A stretch of 64,000 bases of DNA from assembly GCA_965228475.1 (NCBI GenBank), contig OZ245817.1, positions 2,816,001-2,880,000 of the forward strand, read 5' to 3'. Made by a program: the position numbers and the translations under genes. Below, one piece after another: positions 49,944-60,624 of this stretch. The number at the start of each line of letters is the position of its first letter. Position 1 is the first letter of the stretch. Source of the stretch: Myxococcota bacterium. GTDB taxonomy: Bacteria > Myxococcota_A > UBA9160 > JAFDDA01. The notes under the pieces were generated by a model. That model did no database searches. It had not been told where the DNA came from and saw only the letters and a program-made list of their open reading frames with translations.

Positions 49944-51194
49944 GTGTCGAACGAAGTCATCCGCATCCGCGATCTCGCCCAGCCAGAACGGACCGACCTG
50001 CAGCGGGCGGGCCTCGCCTATGCCGAGACGCTCGAGCTCGACCTGAGCGTCGAGGCCGTGCTCGCGAAAGCCTCCGAGACCGCCGGCCTCGACGACTTCG
50101 GCCCGAGCGACTTCACCGACCGCCTCGCCCTCTGGCTCTCGGAGCCCGACGAAGACCCGGACCGCACCGACCTCGGGCGCCTGATCCTCTTCAACGACTG
50201 CGTCCGCTATGCCACGAACCGCCTGCGCATCCACAAGCTCCTCGCCGACCATCCCGAGATCCACGACCTCGAGATCCGCGCGCCGATCATCGTCCTCGGG
50301 CTGCCGCGCTCCGGAACGACGCACCTCGTGAACCTGATCGCCGCGGACGGGCGCCTGCGCTCGATGCCGCTCTGGGAGGGCCAGGCGCCGGTCGCCGAAG
50401 AGAATCCTTCCCGCGGCCCCGCCGATCCGCGCTGGGCCCGCTGCCAACAGGCGTGGGAGCAGATGCAGGCGGCCTCCCCGCTCATCTCCGCCATGCATCC
50501 GATGAACCCGGACCACGTCCACGAAGAGCTCGAACTCATGCTCCCGGACTTCTCGAGCTACAACCAGGAGTGGACGGGACGCGTCCCGAAGTGGGTCGAG
50601 TACTACCACGCCCACGACCAGCGCCCGCACTACGCCTACATGAAGACGGGCCTGAAGATCCTCCAGTGGTACCTCCCGCGCGAGCGCTGGGTGCTCAAGT
50701 GCCCGCAGCACCTCGAACAGATCGGTCCGCTCGTCGAGACGTTCCCGGACGCCACCTTCGTCGTGACCCACCGCGACCCCGTCGCCGTGATCCAGTCCGC
50801 CGCGACCATGACCTGCTACGGCGCGCGCATGAGCTACCGGACGACGGACCCCGCGTGGTACCTCGACTACTGGTCGAAGCGGGTCCACGAGCTGCTCTCG
50901 GCATCCGTGCGGGATCGGGCCCTCCTCCCCGAGTCGCGAACGATCGACGTCCCCTTCCACGAGTTCATGGCGGACGACCTCGCGATGGTCGAGTGCGTCT
51001 ACGAGGTCGCCGGGCTCCCGATGACCGGGAACGCGCGACGCGAGATCCAAGCCCACCTCTCGGCTCACGCCCGCGGCAAGCACGGCCGGGTGGTCTACGA
51101 CCTGCGCGCGGACTTCGGCGCCGAGCCCGCGCGAGTCCGCGAGCCCTTCCGCTTCTACATGGATCGTTTTCCGATCGAGACCGAGGTGACCTGA
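49944..51194 (+). CDS. Sulfotransferase family protein
   Basis: PAPS-binding GLPRSGTT; WVLKCPQH; THRDP....S. Confidence 0.9.
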   Translation: MSNEVIRIRDLAQPERTDLQRAGLAYAETLELDLSVEAVLAKASETAGLDDFGPSDFTDRLALWLSEPDEDPDRTDLGRLILFNDCVRYATNRLRIHKLLADHPEIHDLEIRAPIIVLGLPRSGTTHLVNLIAADGRLRSMPLWEGQAPVAEENPSRGPADPRWARCQQAWEQMQAASPLISAMHPMNPDHVHEELELMLPDFSSYNQEWTGRVPKWVEYYHAHDQRPHYAYMKTGLKILQWYLPRERWVLKCPQHLEQIGPLVETFPDATFVVTHRDPVAVIQSAATMTCYGARMSYRTTDPAWYLDYWSKRVHELLSASVRDRALLPESRTIDVPFHEFMADDLAMVECVYEVAGLPMTGNARREIQAHLSAHARGKHGRVVYDLRADFGAEPARVREPFRFYMDRFPIETEVT

Positions 51195-52477
51195 TGGCGC
51201 GGGCCGAAATCGAACGAGAGGTCGACCGCCTGATCGACGAGCGTCCGGGGCGCGAGCTCCTGCATGTCCCCTACGACGACGCCGCCGTGCAGGTCCACGC
51301 CCGCGTCTGGCGCTCGGCCGGCCCGACGGCGAGCTACCTCGTCGATTGTGGCAGCGAGCGCGTCATCGTGAACTGCGGCATGGGCTTCGAAGCGCCCCAC
51401 CACCGGGCGCTGTTCGCCCCGGTCCATCCGGGCCCGACCCGCTACATCATCACGACCCAGGGCCACGTCGACCACGTCGGCGGGGTCTCCCAGTTCCGGG
51501 AGCCGGGAACCCAGTACGTCGCCCACGCCAACAACCCCCGCTGCCAGGCCGACGACCGGCGCATCGCGCGGTTCCGCGGCGCGACCGCGCTCACCTGGTT
51601 CCCGGATCTCCCGCAGATGATCGGGGATCTGCGGAAGCGATACCCGGATGCGAAGCCCGTTCAGGACGCCCCGACCCCGGACCTGACCTTCGAGACCCGC
51701 ATGCCGCTTCGCGCGGGAGATCTCGACTTCGAACTCGTCCACTGCCCGGGCGGCGAGACGATCGACAGCCTCGTCGTCTGGTTCCCCGAGCTCCGCACGG
51801 CGATCGTGAGCAACCTCTTCGGCCCCCTCTTCCCCCACTTTCCGAACTTCAACACGCTGCGGGGCGACCTCTACCGCTTCCCGGTTCCCTACATGGAAAA
51901 CGTCGACCGCGTCCGAGCGCTCGGTGCCGAGACCCTGATCACCGGCCGCCACCTTCCGATCGTCGGCGCCGACTTGATCGATGCCTGCCTCGCCCGCATG
52001 CGCGGTGCCGTCGAACACGTCCACGACCAGACCCTCGCCATGATCAACGAGCAGAAGAGTCCCTACGAGATCATGCGTGGGGTCTCGCTTCCACCGGAGC
52101 TGCGGGTCGGCCAGGGCTACGGGAAGATCGAGTGGGGCGCGCGAACGATCTTCGAGGCCTACACCGGCTGGTTCCAGCGGCGCTCGACGGCCGACCTCTA
52201 CGCCGCGGACCCGGCCGACGCCCCCGCCGCGCTCGCAGGCCTGCTCGACTCCGAGCGGGTCGTCGACCTCGCGCGCGAGCGCCTCGCCGAGGGAGACGCC
52301 GCCACCGCCATCCGGCTCGCCGAAGCCGCCCTCGCCGCGCACCCCCGCGACCGCGGCGCGATGCAGCTCATGCTCGACGCCCACGAGGCCCTGCTCGAGA
52401 CGGGCGACGAGAGTTTCTGGGAGAGCGGCTGGCTACGCTCCCAGATCGAACGCTGGCGCGAAGCCCTGGCTCCGTGA
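51194..52477 (+). CDS. MBL-fold alkyl/aryl sulfatase-like hydrolase
   Basis: TQGHVDHVGG, PGGETID, FPNFNTLRG, VHDQTL..IN, GQGYGK..W, YTGWF. Confidence 0.8.
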   Translation: MARAEIEREVDRLIDERPGRELLHVPYDDAAVQVHARVWRSAGPTASYLVDCGSERVIVNCGMGFEAPHHRALFAPVHPGPTRYIITTQGHVDHVGGVSQFREPGTQYVAHANNPRCQADDRRIARFRGATALTWFPDLPQMIGDLRKRYPDAKPVQDAPTPDLTFETRMPLRAGDLDFELVHCPGGETIDSLVVWFPELRTAIVSNLFGPLFPHFPNFNTLRGDLYRFPVPYMENVDRVRALGAETLITGRHLPIVGADLIDACLARMRGAVEHVHDQTLAMINEQKSPYEIMRGVSLPPELRVGQGYGKIEWGARTIFEAYTGWFQRRSTADLYAADPADAPAALAGLLDSERVVDLARERLAEGDAATAIRLAEAALAAHPRDRGAMQLMLDAHEALLETGDESFWESGWLRSQIERWREALAP

Positions 52478-52496
52478 GCGGGCGCCGAGGAGGACC

Positions 52497-53246
52497 ATGG
52501 CGACGACGACCTTCGATTTCTCCGGGCGCCGCGTGCTCGTCACCGGTGGAAGCTCCGGGATCGGGCTCGCCGTGGCGGCGGCCTTCGCCGACGCGGGTGC
52601 CGAGGTCACCGTCACCGGCCGCAAGGCGAAGCCGGAGGAGTACGAGGCCGATCTCTCGCGCTTCGCCTATCGGCCCGCGGAGATGACGGACGCGGCTGCG
52701 CTCGACGCACTCGCCGGAAGCTTCGACGCACTCGATGTCCTCGTGAACAACGCCGGCAGCAACCTCGTCGCCCTCGACGAGTGGAAGCCCGAAACCTTCG
52801 CGACGGCCCTCGAACTGCACCTCGTGAGCGCCTTCACGCTCGCAGTGAAGCTGAAGCCGCTGCTCGCCGGGAGCACGCTCGAAGGCGGCGGCAGCGTTCT
52901 CAACACGACGAGCCTCTCGGCCTTTCGCTCGGTGCCCCTGGTCCCCGGGTACGGCGCGGCCAAGGCGGGCCTCGTCCAGATGACGCTCAACCTGGGCGCG
53001 GCCTGGGCGAAGGAGAACGTCCGGGTGAACGCCGTCGCCCCGGGGCTCATCGAGACGAACATGACCGCCATCATGAAGATGGAGGGGATGGAGGCGATCG
53101 CCCGGGCCGAGCTCGACCGCGTGCCCATGGACCGCTGGGGCGACCCGGCGGAGGTGGCGCCGGCCTATCTCTTCCTCGCGAGCGAAGAAGCCCGCTTCAT
53201 CACCGGCGCGACGCTGCCCGTCGACGGCGGCTTCATGGCCCGGTAG
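52497..53246 (+). CDS. SDR family oxidoreductase
   Basis: TGGSSGIG, NNAG, YGAAK, VDGG. Confidence 0.92.
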   Translation: MATTTFDFSGRRVLVTGGSSGIGLAVAAAFADAGAEVTVTGRKAKPEEYEADLSRFAYRPAEMTDAAALDALAGSFDALDVLVNNAGSNLVALDEWKPETFATALELHLVSAFTLAVKLKPLLAGSTLEGGGSVLNTTSLSAFRSVPLVPGYGAAKAGLVQMTLNLGAAWAKENVRVNAVAPGLIETNMTAIMKMEGMEAIARAELDRVPMDRWGDPAEVAPAYLFLASEEARFITGATLPVDGGFMAR

Positions 53247-53271
53247 GCGCGGCAGGCGGATGGGAGGCTCG

Positions 53272-54276
53272 ATGATCCAAGCGCGCATCCATGGCCCCGA
53301 CGACGTCCGACTCGACGAGGTGCCCGAGCCCGTCGCGGGCCCCGGCGACGTCGTGCTCCGCGTCCGCTCCTGCGGGATCTGCGGCAGCGACCTCGGCTAC
53401 ATCCGGCTCGGCGGCGTCGCGGGCCCCGGCCGCGAGCCGATGCCGATCGGTCACGAGCTCGCCGGCGTGGTCGAGGCGGTCGGCGAGGGCGTCGCGTCCG
53501 TGGCCGTCGGCGACCGGGTCGCCCTCGACCCGCGGGATCCGGCGGGCCCCGTCCTCGGCAACGGCGGAACCGAAGGCGGCTTCACGCCGCTGCTGCTCGT
53601 GCGGAGGGCCGAGGGCCGGCTCCACAAGCTTCCCGAGGCGATGCCCTTCGAGCGCGCGGCCCTCGCCGAACCCCTCGGCGTCGGCACGAACGCCGTCGAC
53701 AAACTCCGCGTCGGGCCGGGCGAGAAGGCCGCCGTCTTCGGCGCCGGGCCGATCGGTCTCTCGGCCGTAGCCGCCCTGCGCGCCGCCGGCTGCGAGGACG
53801 TCGTCGCGATCGACCTCTCGGAGCGGAGACTCGCCCTCGCCCGAGCGCTCGGCGCCCGCGCAACCCTCGACGCCGGCGCGGTGGACGTGTGGCGGGAACT
53901 CCGCCGACTCCACGGCGAGACCACCTTCTTCGGCGGCCCCGTGGCGGCCACCGACGTCTTCGTCGAAGCCTCGGGCGCACCGCCGGTCATCCCCCAGGTG
54001 ATCGGAAACGCCCGGCGTGGCGCCCGCCTCTCCGTCGTCGCCCTTCATCGCGCCCCGATCGAGGTGAGCTTCCTGCTCGTCCTCATGCGCGAACTCCAGA
54101 TCAACGGCGCGATGGAGTACCCCGAGGATTTCGGCCGCGGCATCGCGATGCTCGAAGACGGAACCCTCGACCCGATGATCACCCACCGCTTCCCGCTCGA
54201 GCGCTTCCACGAGGCCCTCGAGGTCGCGCGGGACGCCTCGGTGGCGGGGAAGGTCATGATCGAGGTTTCGCAGTAG
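53272..54276 (+). CDS. Zinc-dependent (MDR) alcohol dehydrogenase lacking the structural-Zn lobe
   Basis: GICGSD, GHE, GAGPIG; four-Cys lobe absent. Confidence 0.9.
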   Translation: MIQARIHGPDDVRLDEVPEPVAGPGDVVLRVRSCGICGSDLGYIRLGGVAGPGREPMPIGHELAGVVEAVGEGVASVAVGDRVALDPRDPAGPVLGNGGTEGGFTPLLLVRRAEGRLHKLPEAMPFERAALAEPLGVGTNAVDKLRVGPGEKAAVFGAGPIGLSAVAALRAAGCEDVVAIDLSERRLALARALGARATLDAGAVDVWRELRRLHGETTFFGGPVAATDVFVEASGAPPVIPQVIGNARRGARLSVVALHRAPIEVSFLLVLMRELQINGAMEYPEDFGRGIAMLEDGTLDPMITHRFPLERFHEALEVARDASVAGKVMIEVSQ

Positions 54277-54301
54277 GACTGGGCGACTCGCGAGCCCCTC
54301 C

Positions 54302-55240
54302 TCAGTAGCCGAGCTCGCGGCTCACCTCGTAGAGGAGCGGATCCGCCCGCCGATAGCGACCGAGGTTCTCGACGAACGGCTCGACGAGCCAGTCGAGCGC
54401 ACCCGGCATGCTCCAGGAGATGTGCGGGCTCAGGCGAACGTTCGGATGGGAGTAGAGCCAGTGGCCTTTGGGCAGGGGCTCGGGGTGGGCGACGTCGAGC
54501 GAGGCCCGGGCAACGCGCCCCTCGTCGAGCGCTTCGCGCAAGGCGCCCTGATCGACGAGTTCGCCGCGCGCGACGTTCACGAGGTGCGCACCCGGCTCGA
54601 GGTGAGCGAGCGCCCGCCGATCGATCAACCCGCGCGTCTCCTTCGTGACGGGCGCGGCGAGGACGACGTGGTCGGCGCCCGCCAGGAGTTCGCTCAGCTC
54701 GTGGACGATCTCCACGCCCGGGACGGGGCTCGCAGCGTCGCTCCGCCGAAGGGCCCGAACGCGCATGCCGAAGGCCAGCGCGCGCGTGGCCACGGCCTGG
54801 CCGATTCCCCCGACGCCCACGAGCCCGAGCTGCTTGCCATGCAATCCGCCGAGCCCGCGGATGCGCCAATCGGCCGCCTCTCGGATCCAGGTCGCCGGGA
54901 AGTCCTTCTCGTGGGCGAGCATGGCCGCGAGCACGAACTCCGCGATCGGCACCGCACTCGCACCGCGCGAACAGGTCAGCACGCGGTCGCCGAGCGCCTC
55001 GTATGGGAACTCGTTCACGCCGGTGCCGTAGGCGTGGACCCACCGCACGCCGCGAGCGACGACTTCGCCGAGGTTCGGACTGCCCCAGGCCTGGGTCAGC
55101 AGGACCTCCCCGCAAACGCTCGCGGGAACCGGGCCTTCCTCGGGCACCGCGACGATCTCCACGTCGGGGTGGGCCTCTCGCACGAGCCGGAGGAGCGGTA
55201 CCGGAACGTGGCTGAGGATGCGAAGGGCTGACGCACTCAT
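54302..55240 (-). CDS. D-2-hydroxyacid dehydrogenase family
   Basis: GVGGIG, NVARG, LDV..PEPL, SPH. Confidence 0.88.
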   Translation of the reverse strand: MSASALRILSHVPVPLLRLVREAHPDVEIVAVPEEGPVPASVCGEVLLTQAWGSPNLGEVVARGVRWVHAYGTGVNEFPYEALGDRVLTCSRGASAVPIAEFVLAAMLAHEKDFPATWIREAADWRIRGLGGLHGKQLGLVGVGGIGQAVATRALAFGMRVRALRRSDAASPVPGVEIVHELSELLAGADHVVLAAPVTKETRGLIDRRALAHLEPGAHLVNVARGELVDQGALREALDEGRVARASLDVAHPEPLPKGHWLYSHPNVRLSPHISWSMPGALDWLVEPFVENLGRYRRADPLLYEVSRELGY

Positions 55241-56715
55241 CCCGTCACCCTGGCGCTGATCTCCTGAACGAGCAGGGCGCGCAGCACCTGGCCCGTGGCC
55301 GCGGTGCGCGGCAGGGCGTCGCGCCGTTCGAGGCGGCGTGGTTTTTTGAAGCCCGCGAGGCGGCCCTCGCAGTGCGCCTGAAGCTCGGCCAGCCCGGGCT
55401 CCGTGCCCGCGGCCGGCACGATCACGGCGCAGACCTGCTCGCCCCACTCCGCGTCGGGAATGCCCACCACGGCGACCTCGGCCACCGAGGGATGGGTCGC
55501 GAGCACGGCTTCGACCTCGCCCGGGGCCACGCTCTCGCCACCGGTCCGGATGATCTCCTTCAGCCGTCCGACGATCGAAAGGTGGCCTTCTTCGTCGAGA
55601 GCGCCGAGATCGCCCGTATGGAACCACCCTTCGCGCAGCGCCGCGGCGGTTGCCTCGGGATCGTCGAAGTAGCCCTCGGTGAGATAGGGGCTTCGCACGC
55701 AGATCTCGCCGGTCTCCGAGAGGCGCACGTCCACCCCCGGCGAGGGCGGCCCGACCGAGCCGGGCTTTCGCAGGACGTCGGCGTCGGGCAGGGTGGTCGC
55801 GGACCCGACCTCCGTCGAGCCGTAGTAGATGCGTGTCGCCGTACCCGGGAAGCGCTCCTTGAGTGCGCGAATCAGGGAGACGGGCGTGGCCGAGGTGCCG
55901 GTGTCGAGCTCGCGAAGGCTCGAGAGGTCGTAGCGAGCCGTGTCCGCCGCGAGGATCCGGCTCCAGACCGCGGGGATGCAATAGAGTCGGTTCGCCTTGC
56001 GCCGTTCGACGGCCGCCAGGATCTCCGCGGGCGTGGCGGCGTCCACGAGGGCGAGTTCGCCGCGAGTCTGCCAGGCCGCGAGCCCGAGCGTGAAGGCCGC
56101 CATGTGGAAGAGCGGGAACATGCAGAGCGAGACTTCCGGCACGTCGCGGAAGACGCCCTGAAAGGACCGCAGCCAGTTCGCACGGTGCGAGAGCACGACG
56201 CCCTTGGGCGCGCCCGTGCTGCCGCTGGTGAAGAACACGACCTGGGCGTCGGTCTCGCGAAGCGCGCGCTCCTCGACGGGCGCGTCGGAGAACGCCGCCA
56301 CATCCGTGCCGAGATCGTGGGTCTTGGCACCGGCGCGATCGGCCACCTCCTCCGCGGCGGCCGCGCGCTCCGCATCGGACGCCACCAAAGCGGGCCGCGC
56401 CAGCCGGACCAACGCCTCGGCCTCCCCGGGCGTGAGCCGCGCCGAGATCGGAGCGAAGGCCGCGCCGAGCCGCGCGCAGGCGACGAACAGCGGGATCACC
56501 TCGAGGGCCGTGTCCGCCCAGCACACGACGCGGTCGCCGTGGCCGACGCCCTCGCCGCGCAGCGCTCGGGCCACGCGGTTCGCCCGGCGATCGAGCTCAC
56601 CGTGCGTCATCACGTCTTCGCCGAGGGAGACGGCCGCGCCGTCGGGGACGGCCTCCGCATTGCGGCGGAAGATCTCGCCCACCAGCAGCGCCTCGGACGC
56701 GGAGCTTGCGGTCAT
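55237..56715 (-). CDS. AMP-binding acyl-CoA synthetase
   Basis: FTSGSTGAPKG, YGSTE, GWFHTGD, GRLKEII. Confidence 0.92.
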   Translation of the reverse strand: MTASSASEALLVGEIFRRNAEAVPDGAAVSLGEDVMTHGELDRRANRVARALRGEGVGHGDRVVCWADTALEVIPLFVACARLGAAFAPISARLTPGEAEALVRLARPALVASDAERAAAAEEVADRAGAKTHDLGTDVAAFSDAPVEERALRETDAQVVFFTSGSTGAPKGVVLSHRANWLRSFQGVFRDVPEVSLCMFPLFHMAAFTLGLAAWQTRGELALVDAATPAEILAAVERRKANRLYCIPAVWSRILAADTARYDLSSLRELDTGTSATPVSLIRALKERFPGTATRIYYGSTEVGSATTLPDADVLRKPGSVGPPSPGVDVRLSETGEICVRSPYLTEGYFDDPEATAAALREGWFHTGDLGALDEEGHLSIVGRLKEIIRTGGESVAPGEVEAVLATHPSVAEVAVVGIPDAEWGEQVCAVIVPAAGTEPGLAELQAHCEGRLAGFKKPRRLERRDALPRTAATGQVLRALLVQEISARVTG

Positions 56716-56722
56716 CGTGGAC

Positions 56723-56739
56723 TGAGAATATCATTCTGA
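56723..56739. promoter_or_regulatory. Putative TetR operator in a very short divergent gap
   Basis: TGAGAATATCATTCTGA imperfect palindrome (AGAAT-N3-ATTCT). Confidence 0.5.
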
Positions 56740-56741
56740 AA

Positions 56742-57425
56742 ATGCAGAACAAGCCTCTCCGCAGCGCAACGAGCGACGCAGGCCCCTCCTTCGCCGGACG
56801 GGCGGTCGAGCGCACGCTTGCGCGGCGGCGGGAACGCTACGCCTCCGAAGTCACGCGGCTCGTCGACGCGGCGCTCGCGCTGATCGAAGCCACGGGCGAG
56901 CTCGAGCCCCGCGTGAGCGAGATCGTGGCCCGTGCGGGCCTCTCGAATCAGGCCTTCTACAAGCACTTCCGCTCGAAGCGCGAACTCCTCGTCGCCGTGC
57001 TCGACGCCGGCATCGAGCGGCTCGCCACGCACCTCGCCGAGCGCATGGGCGCGCACGCCGACCCCGTGGAGCGGGTGCGCGCCTGGCTCGAGGGCATGAC
57101 CGCCCAGGCCCTGCACGAGAAGGCCGCCTCGGCGACGCGCCCCTTCGCCCTCTCGCGCGAGCGACTGGCGAGCGCATACCCCGAAGAAGTCGCCGACTCC
57201 GAGCGGAGGCTCACCGCCCTCGTCCGCGACGCGCTGCTCGAGGCGCGGGAGTCGGGCGCCCTCCCCTTCGCGGACCCGGAACGCGACGCGGAGACGCTCC
57301 ATCACCTCGCCATGGGTTGGATGCAGTCGCGGCTGCGTGCGGGCGACGCCACGGATCCGGCGGATGCGGAGCGGCTGGTGCGGTTCGCGCTCGCAGGGCT
57401 CGCACGTACGGGCGAGGCCGACTGA
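56742..57425 (+). CDS. TetR family regulator
   Basis: RVSEIVARAGLSNQAFYKHF. Confidence 0.9.
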   Translation: MQNKPLRSATSDAGPSFAGRAVERTLARRRERYASEVTRLVDAALALIEATGELEPRVSEIVARAGLSNQAFYKHFRSKRELLVAVLDAGIERLATHLAERMGAHADPVERVRAWLEGMTAQALHEKAASATRPFALSRERLASAYPEEVADSERRLTALVRDALLEARESGALPFADPERDAETLHHLAMGWMQSRLRAGDATDPADAERLVRFALAGLARTGEAD

Positions 57426-58003
57426 TGGAGCGCGAGATTCTCCTCACCGGCATCGGCGGGCAGGGAATCCAGCTCGCGGGCCAGGTGCTCGCGCGCGCGG
57501 CCGTCCGCGAAGGCCGCCACGCCATGGCCCTCGGGACCTACGGCGGGACCATGCGGGGCGGCAACACGGACTACTCCCTCGTCCTCGCCGACGCACCGAT
57601 CGTCACGCCGCCCATCGTCCCTCGGGTCTGGGCGGCGCTGGCCCTGCACCACCGCTTCTTCGAACCCACGCGCGCGCGCCTTCGCACGGGGTCCCGGGTC
57701 GTCGTCGACGAGACCCTCTTCGACGCACCGCTCGACCGGGAGGCGCATCGGGTCCTGGCCCTCCCGGCAACGCGCATGGCGAGCGAGCTCGGGTCTGCCG
57801 TCGCGGGAGCGCTGGTCCTGGCGAGCGCCTTCGCCGCATGGACGCAGCTCGTCGGCGTCGAGGCCCTGGTCCTCGCGATGCGCGATTCGGTGCCGTCCTA
57901 CCGAAGCGAGCACCTCGAGCCGAACGAACGTGCGCTGCGCACCGGGTTCGCCGCCGGCGCGCCGGGGGAACCCTCGGCCTGGGCGACCGGGGAGGCGGCG
58001 TGA
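57425..58003 (+). CDS. 2-oxoacid:ferredoxin oxidoreductase gamma subunit
   Basis: TGIGGQGIQL, YGGTMRGG. Confidence 0.9.
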   Translation: MEREILLTGIGGQGIQLAGQVLARAAVREGRHAMALGTYGGTMRGGNTDYSLVLADAPIVTPPIVPRVWAALALHHRFFEPTRARLRTGSRVVVDETLFDAPLDREAHRVLALPATRMASELGSAVAGALVLASAFAAWTQLVGVEALVLAMRDSVPSYRSEHLEPNERALRTGFAAGAPGEPSAWATGEAA

Positions 58004-58236
58004 GCGAAGCAGCCGTTTCCCGCGGTACGGTCCACCTCGCCGCCGAACGCTGCAAGGGCTGCGAGCTGTGCATCCCGGCCTGCCCGCCGGCCGTTCTCCA
58101 CATGTCCGACCAACGAAACGCCCAGGGGTTCCGCGTGCCGGAGCTCCGCGCAGGCTGCACCGGCTGCGGGGCGTGCCTCCTCGTCTGCCCGGACTTCTGC
58201 TTCGAGGTCTACCGGTTCGAAGGAGGTCCGGCGTGA
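58000..58236 (+). CDS. 2x[4Fe-4S] ferredoxin (delta subunit)
   Basis: CKGCELCIPACP and CTGCGACLLVCPD. Confidence 0.9.
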   Translation: MSEAAVSRGTVHLAAERCKGCELCIPACPPAVLHMSDQRNAQGFRVPELRAGCTGCGACLLVCPDFCFEVYRFEGGPA

Positions 58237-59294
58237 CGCGGCGGCTCCTCGAAGGCTCGGAGGCGATCGCCGAGGCCGCGCTGCTGGCCGGCTGTCGTTT
58301 CTTCGCCGGCTACCCGATGACCCCGTTCACCGAACTCCTCGAGACCTTCGCGCGGCGGCTGCCGGAAGAGGACGGCGTCTGCATCAACGCGGAGAGCGAA
58401 CTCGAGGCGATCGGCATGGCCTGGGGGGCGGCCGCCACCGGCGCACGCGCCGCGACGGGCTCGACGGGCCAGGGGCTCGCGCTCATGCAGGAGTCCCTCT
58501 CGGAACTGACGCGTGCCGAGATCCCGCTCGTGTACTTCAACATGGCCCGCGGCCAGGGCGACTACTTCCAGGCCACACGCGGCGGCGGCCACGGCGACTA
58601 TCGCCACCCCGTGCTGGCGCCCATCGACGCCGGCGAGGCCGTCGCGCTGACCCAGCTCGCTTTCCACATGGCCGACCGCTGGCGGAACCCGGTCTGCGTC
58701 CTCGGCGACTACCTCCTCGCCCACACGAGCGAATCCGTCCTGCTCGAGCCCGTCGATTTCGGGCCCCTCCCCGAGAAGGACTGGGCCGTCGACGGAACGA
58801 AGGGGGGAACCGGGGCGGCGCGCAACCTGAACCCGATCGGCATGGAGCCCGGCCGGAAGGGCATCGACCCGGAGCCCTTCTGGCAGCGGCTCCAGGCGAA
58901 GCACGAGGCCATGGCCGCCGCAGAGGTCCGTTTCGACGCGGAAGGCGTCGAGGACGCCGAGATCCTGGTCGTGGCCTACGGCACGATGGCGCGCTTCGCG
59001 CGCTACGTGGTCCGCGAGCTGCGCGCCGAGGGGCGCCGGGTCGGCTGGTTCCGTCCGATCACGCTGTGGCCCTTCCCCGCCGAGGCCCTCGCGGCTGCGG
59101 CCGAGGGAACCCGCTGCGTCGCGGTCCTCGAGCAGAACGCGGGGCAGATGATCGACGACGTCCGGCTTGCCGTCCTCGGACGGGCGCCCGTACGAGGCAT
59201 CGGCGGGATCTCCTCCGACGAAGCCGGCTTCGGGATCGGGCCGCTGCTCGACGTCGGCGAGGTGCGGCGCCGCATCGAAGAGGTCTCCCCGTGA
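58233..59294 (+). CDS. 2-oxoacid:ferredoxin oxidoreductase alpha subunit (Vor-like)
   Basis: FAGYPMTP.TE, AESELEA, DYFQATRGGGHGDY, RPITLWPFP. Confidence 0.9.
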   Translation: MTRRLLEGSEAIAEAALLAGCRFFAGYPMTPFTELLETFARRLPEEDGVCINAESELEAIGMAWGAAATGARAATGSTGQGLALMQESLSELTRAEIPLVYFNMARGQGDYFQATRGGGHGDYRHPVLAPIDAGEAVALTQLAFHMADRWRNPVCVLGDYLLAHTSESVLLEPVDFGPLPEKDWAVDGTKGGTGAARNLNPIGMEPGRKGIDPEPFWQRLQAKHEAMAAAEVRFDAEGVEDAEILVVAYGTMARFARYVVRELRAEGRRVGWFRPITLWPFPAEALAAAAEGTRCVAVLEQNAGQMIDDVRLAVLGRAPVRGIGGISSDEAGFGIGPLLDVGEVRRRIEEVSP

Positions 59295-60139
59295 GCGACG
59301 ACACGAACGTGCGCATCGACGCGCCCCCCGCCTGCCCGGCCACCCGGGTCGGCGAGTTCGCGCCGCGGCTCCAGCGCGACGTCGACCACGATCTCTGCCC
59401 GGGCTGCGGAGAGCCCGTCGCGCTCCGCGCGATCCTCGAGGCCATCGAAGAACAGGGACGCGCGAGCTCGGCCATTGGTGTGGTGGGCATCGGCTGCTAC
59501 ACGGCGCTCACGCCGCTCATGGACGTCGACCTGATCCAGGCCCTCCACGGCCGAGCGCCGTCCCTCGCGACCGGTGCAAAGCGCATGCGCCCCGAAGCGC
59601 TCGTCTTCACCCTCCAGGGCGACGGCGACATGGTGAACGAGGGCCTCCAGGAAGTGATCCACACCGCCGCGCGCGGCGAGAGCGTGACCTGCGTGCTCCT
59701 GAACAACGGCGTGTTCGGAGAGACCGGCGGACACATGACCGCCACCACCGTCCTCGGGCAACGCACGAAGAACTCGATCGAGGGGCGCGACGCGGACTAC
59801 CACGGTCACCCGATCGTGATCGGCGACCTGCTCGCCGGCCTCGGGGGGACGCGCTACGCCGCGCGCGGGGCCGTCTACGACGCAGCCACCGTCGCCCAGA
59901 CGAAGCGATTCCTGAACCGTGCGTTCGCCTCCCAGCGCGAAGGCGGTTTCTCCTTCGTCGAGATCCTGACGATGTGTCCGACCGGCTGGTTCATCCCCAC
60001 CGCGGAAGGCCCGAGCTACCTCGCCGACGTCATGGCGCCGGTCCACGCCATCGGCGAACTCAAGGTCGACGGCGAGCTGCAGCGCACCACGGACGACCTG
60101 CGAGAGCGCGCCGAGCGGCGCGGGAAGCCCGGGCCGTGA
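59291..60139 (+). CDS. 2-oxoacid:ferredoxin oxidoreductase beta (TPP-binding) subunit
   Basis: CPGCG, GIGC, HGR, QGDGD...NN, CPTGW. Confidence 0.92.
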   Translation: MSDDTNVRIDAPPACPATRVGEFAPRLQRDVDHDLCPGCGEPVALRAILEAIEEQGRASSAIGVVGIGCYTALTPLMDVDLIQALHGRAPSLATGAKRMRPEALVFTLQGDGDMVNEGLQEVIHTAARGESVTCVLLNNGVFGETGGHMTATTVLGQRTKNSIEGRDADYHGHPIVIGDLLAGLGGTRYAARGAVYDAATVAQTKRFLNRAFASQREGGFSFVEILTMCPTGWFIPTAEGPSYLADVMAPVHAIGELKVDGELQRTTDDLRERAERRGKPGP

Positions 60140-60624
60140 AGCGGGTCGCAGCGGTCGCCGTTGGTTCTGCCCTGCTCGGCTGCGGCAGCTGGGAAACCGA
60201 GCGAAGCCTCGTCATCGAGGCGCCCCCGGATGCGGTGTGGTCGCTCCTCGCCGACCTCGACGCCTACCCGGAGTGGAACTCCTACTCCACCCGCGCCGAG
60301 GGAAACCTGACGGTGGATGGCATCGTGACGATCGAAGCGCAGCTCGGCGGGGAGACCCGCCAGGTGGCGAACCGGGTGACCCGCATCGAGCCCGAACGCG
60401 CGCTCTGCTGGCATTCGACGAACTGGTACGAGGTCCTCGTCCGCGGCACGCGCTGCCGCTTCCTCGAGCCCGACGGTTCCGGAGCGACCCACTTCCGGCA
60501 CCACGAAATCATGGAGGGGCCCCTGGCGCGGGTCGTCGAGCGCATCTACCGCCCCCGCATCGAAGCCGGGCTCGAACGGATGAACGACGACCTGAAGCGC
60601 GCCGCCGAGGCCCCCGGACGATGA
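60136..60624 (+). CDS. SRPBCC/START-like ligand-binding lipoprotein
   Basis: Lipobox LLGC; IEAPPDAVW..L.D...YPEWN; MNDDLKRAAE. Confidence 0.8.
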   Translation: MKRVAAVAVGSALLGCGSWETERSLVIEAPPDAVWSLLADLDAYPEWNSYSTRAEGNLTVDGIVTIEAQLGGETRQVANRVTRIEPERALCWHSTNWYEVLVRGTRCRFLEPDGSGATHFRHHEIMEGPLARVVERIYRPRIEAGLERMNDDLKRAAEAPGR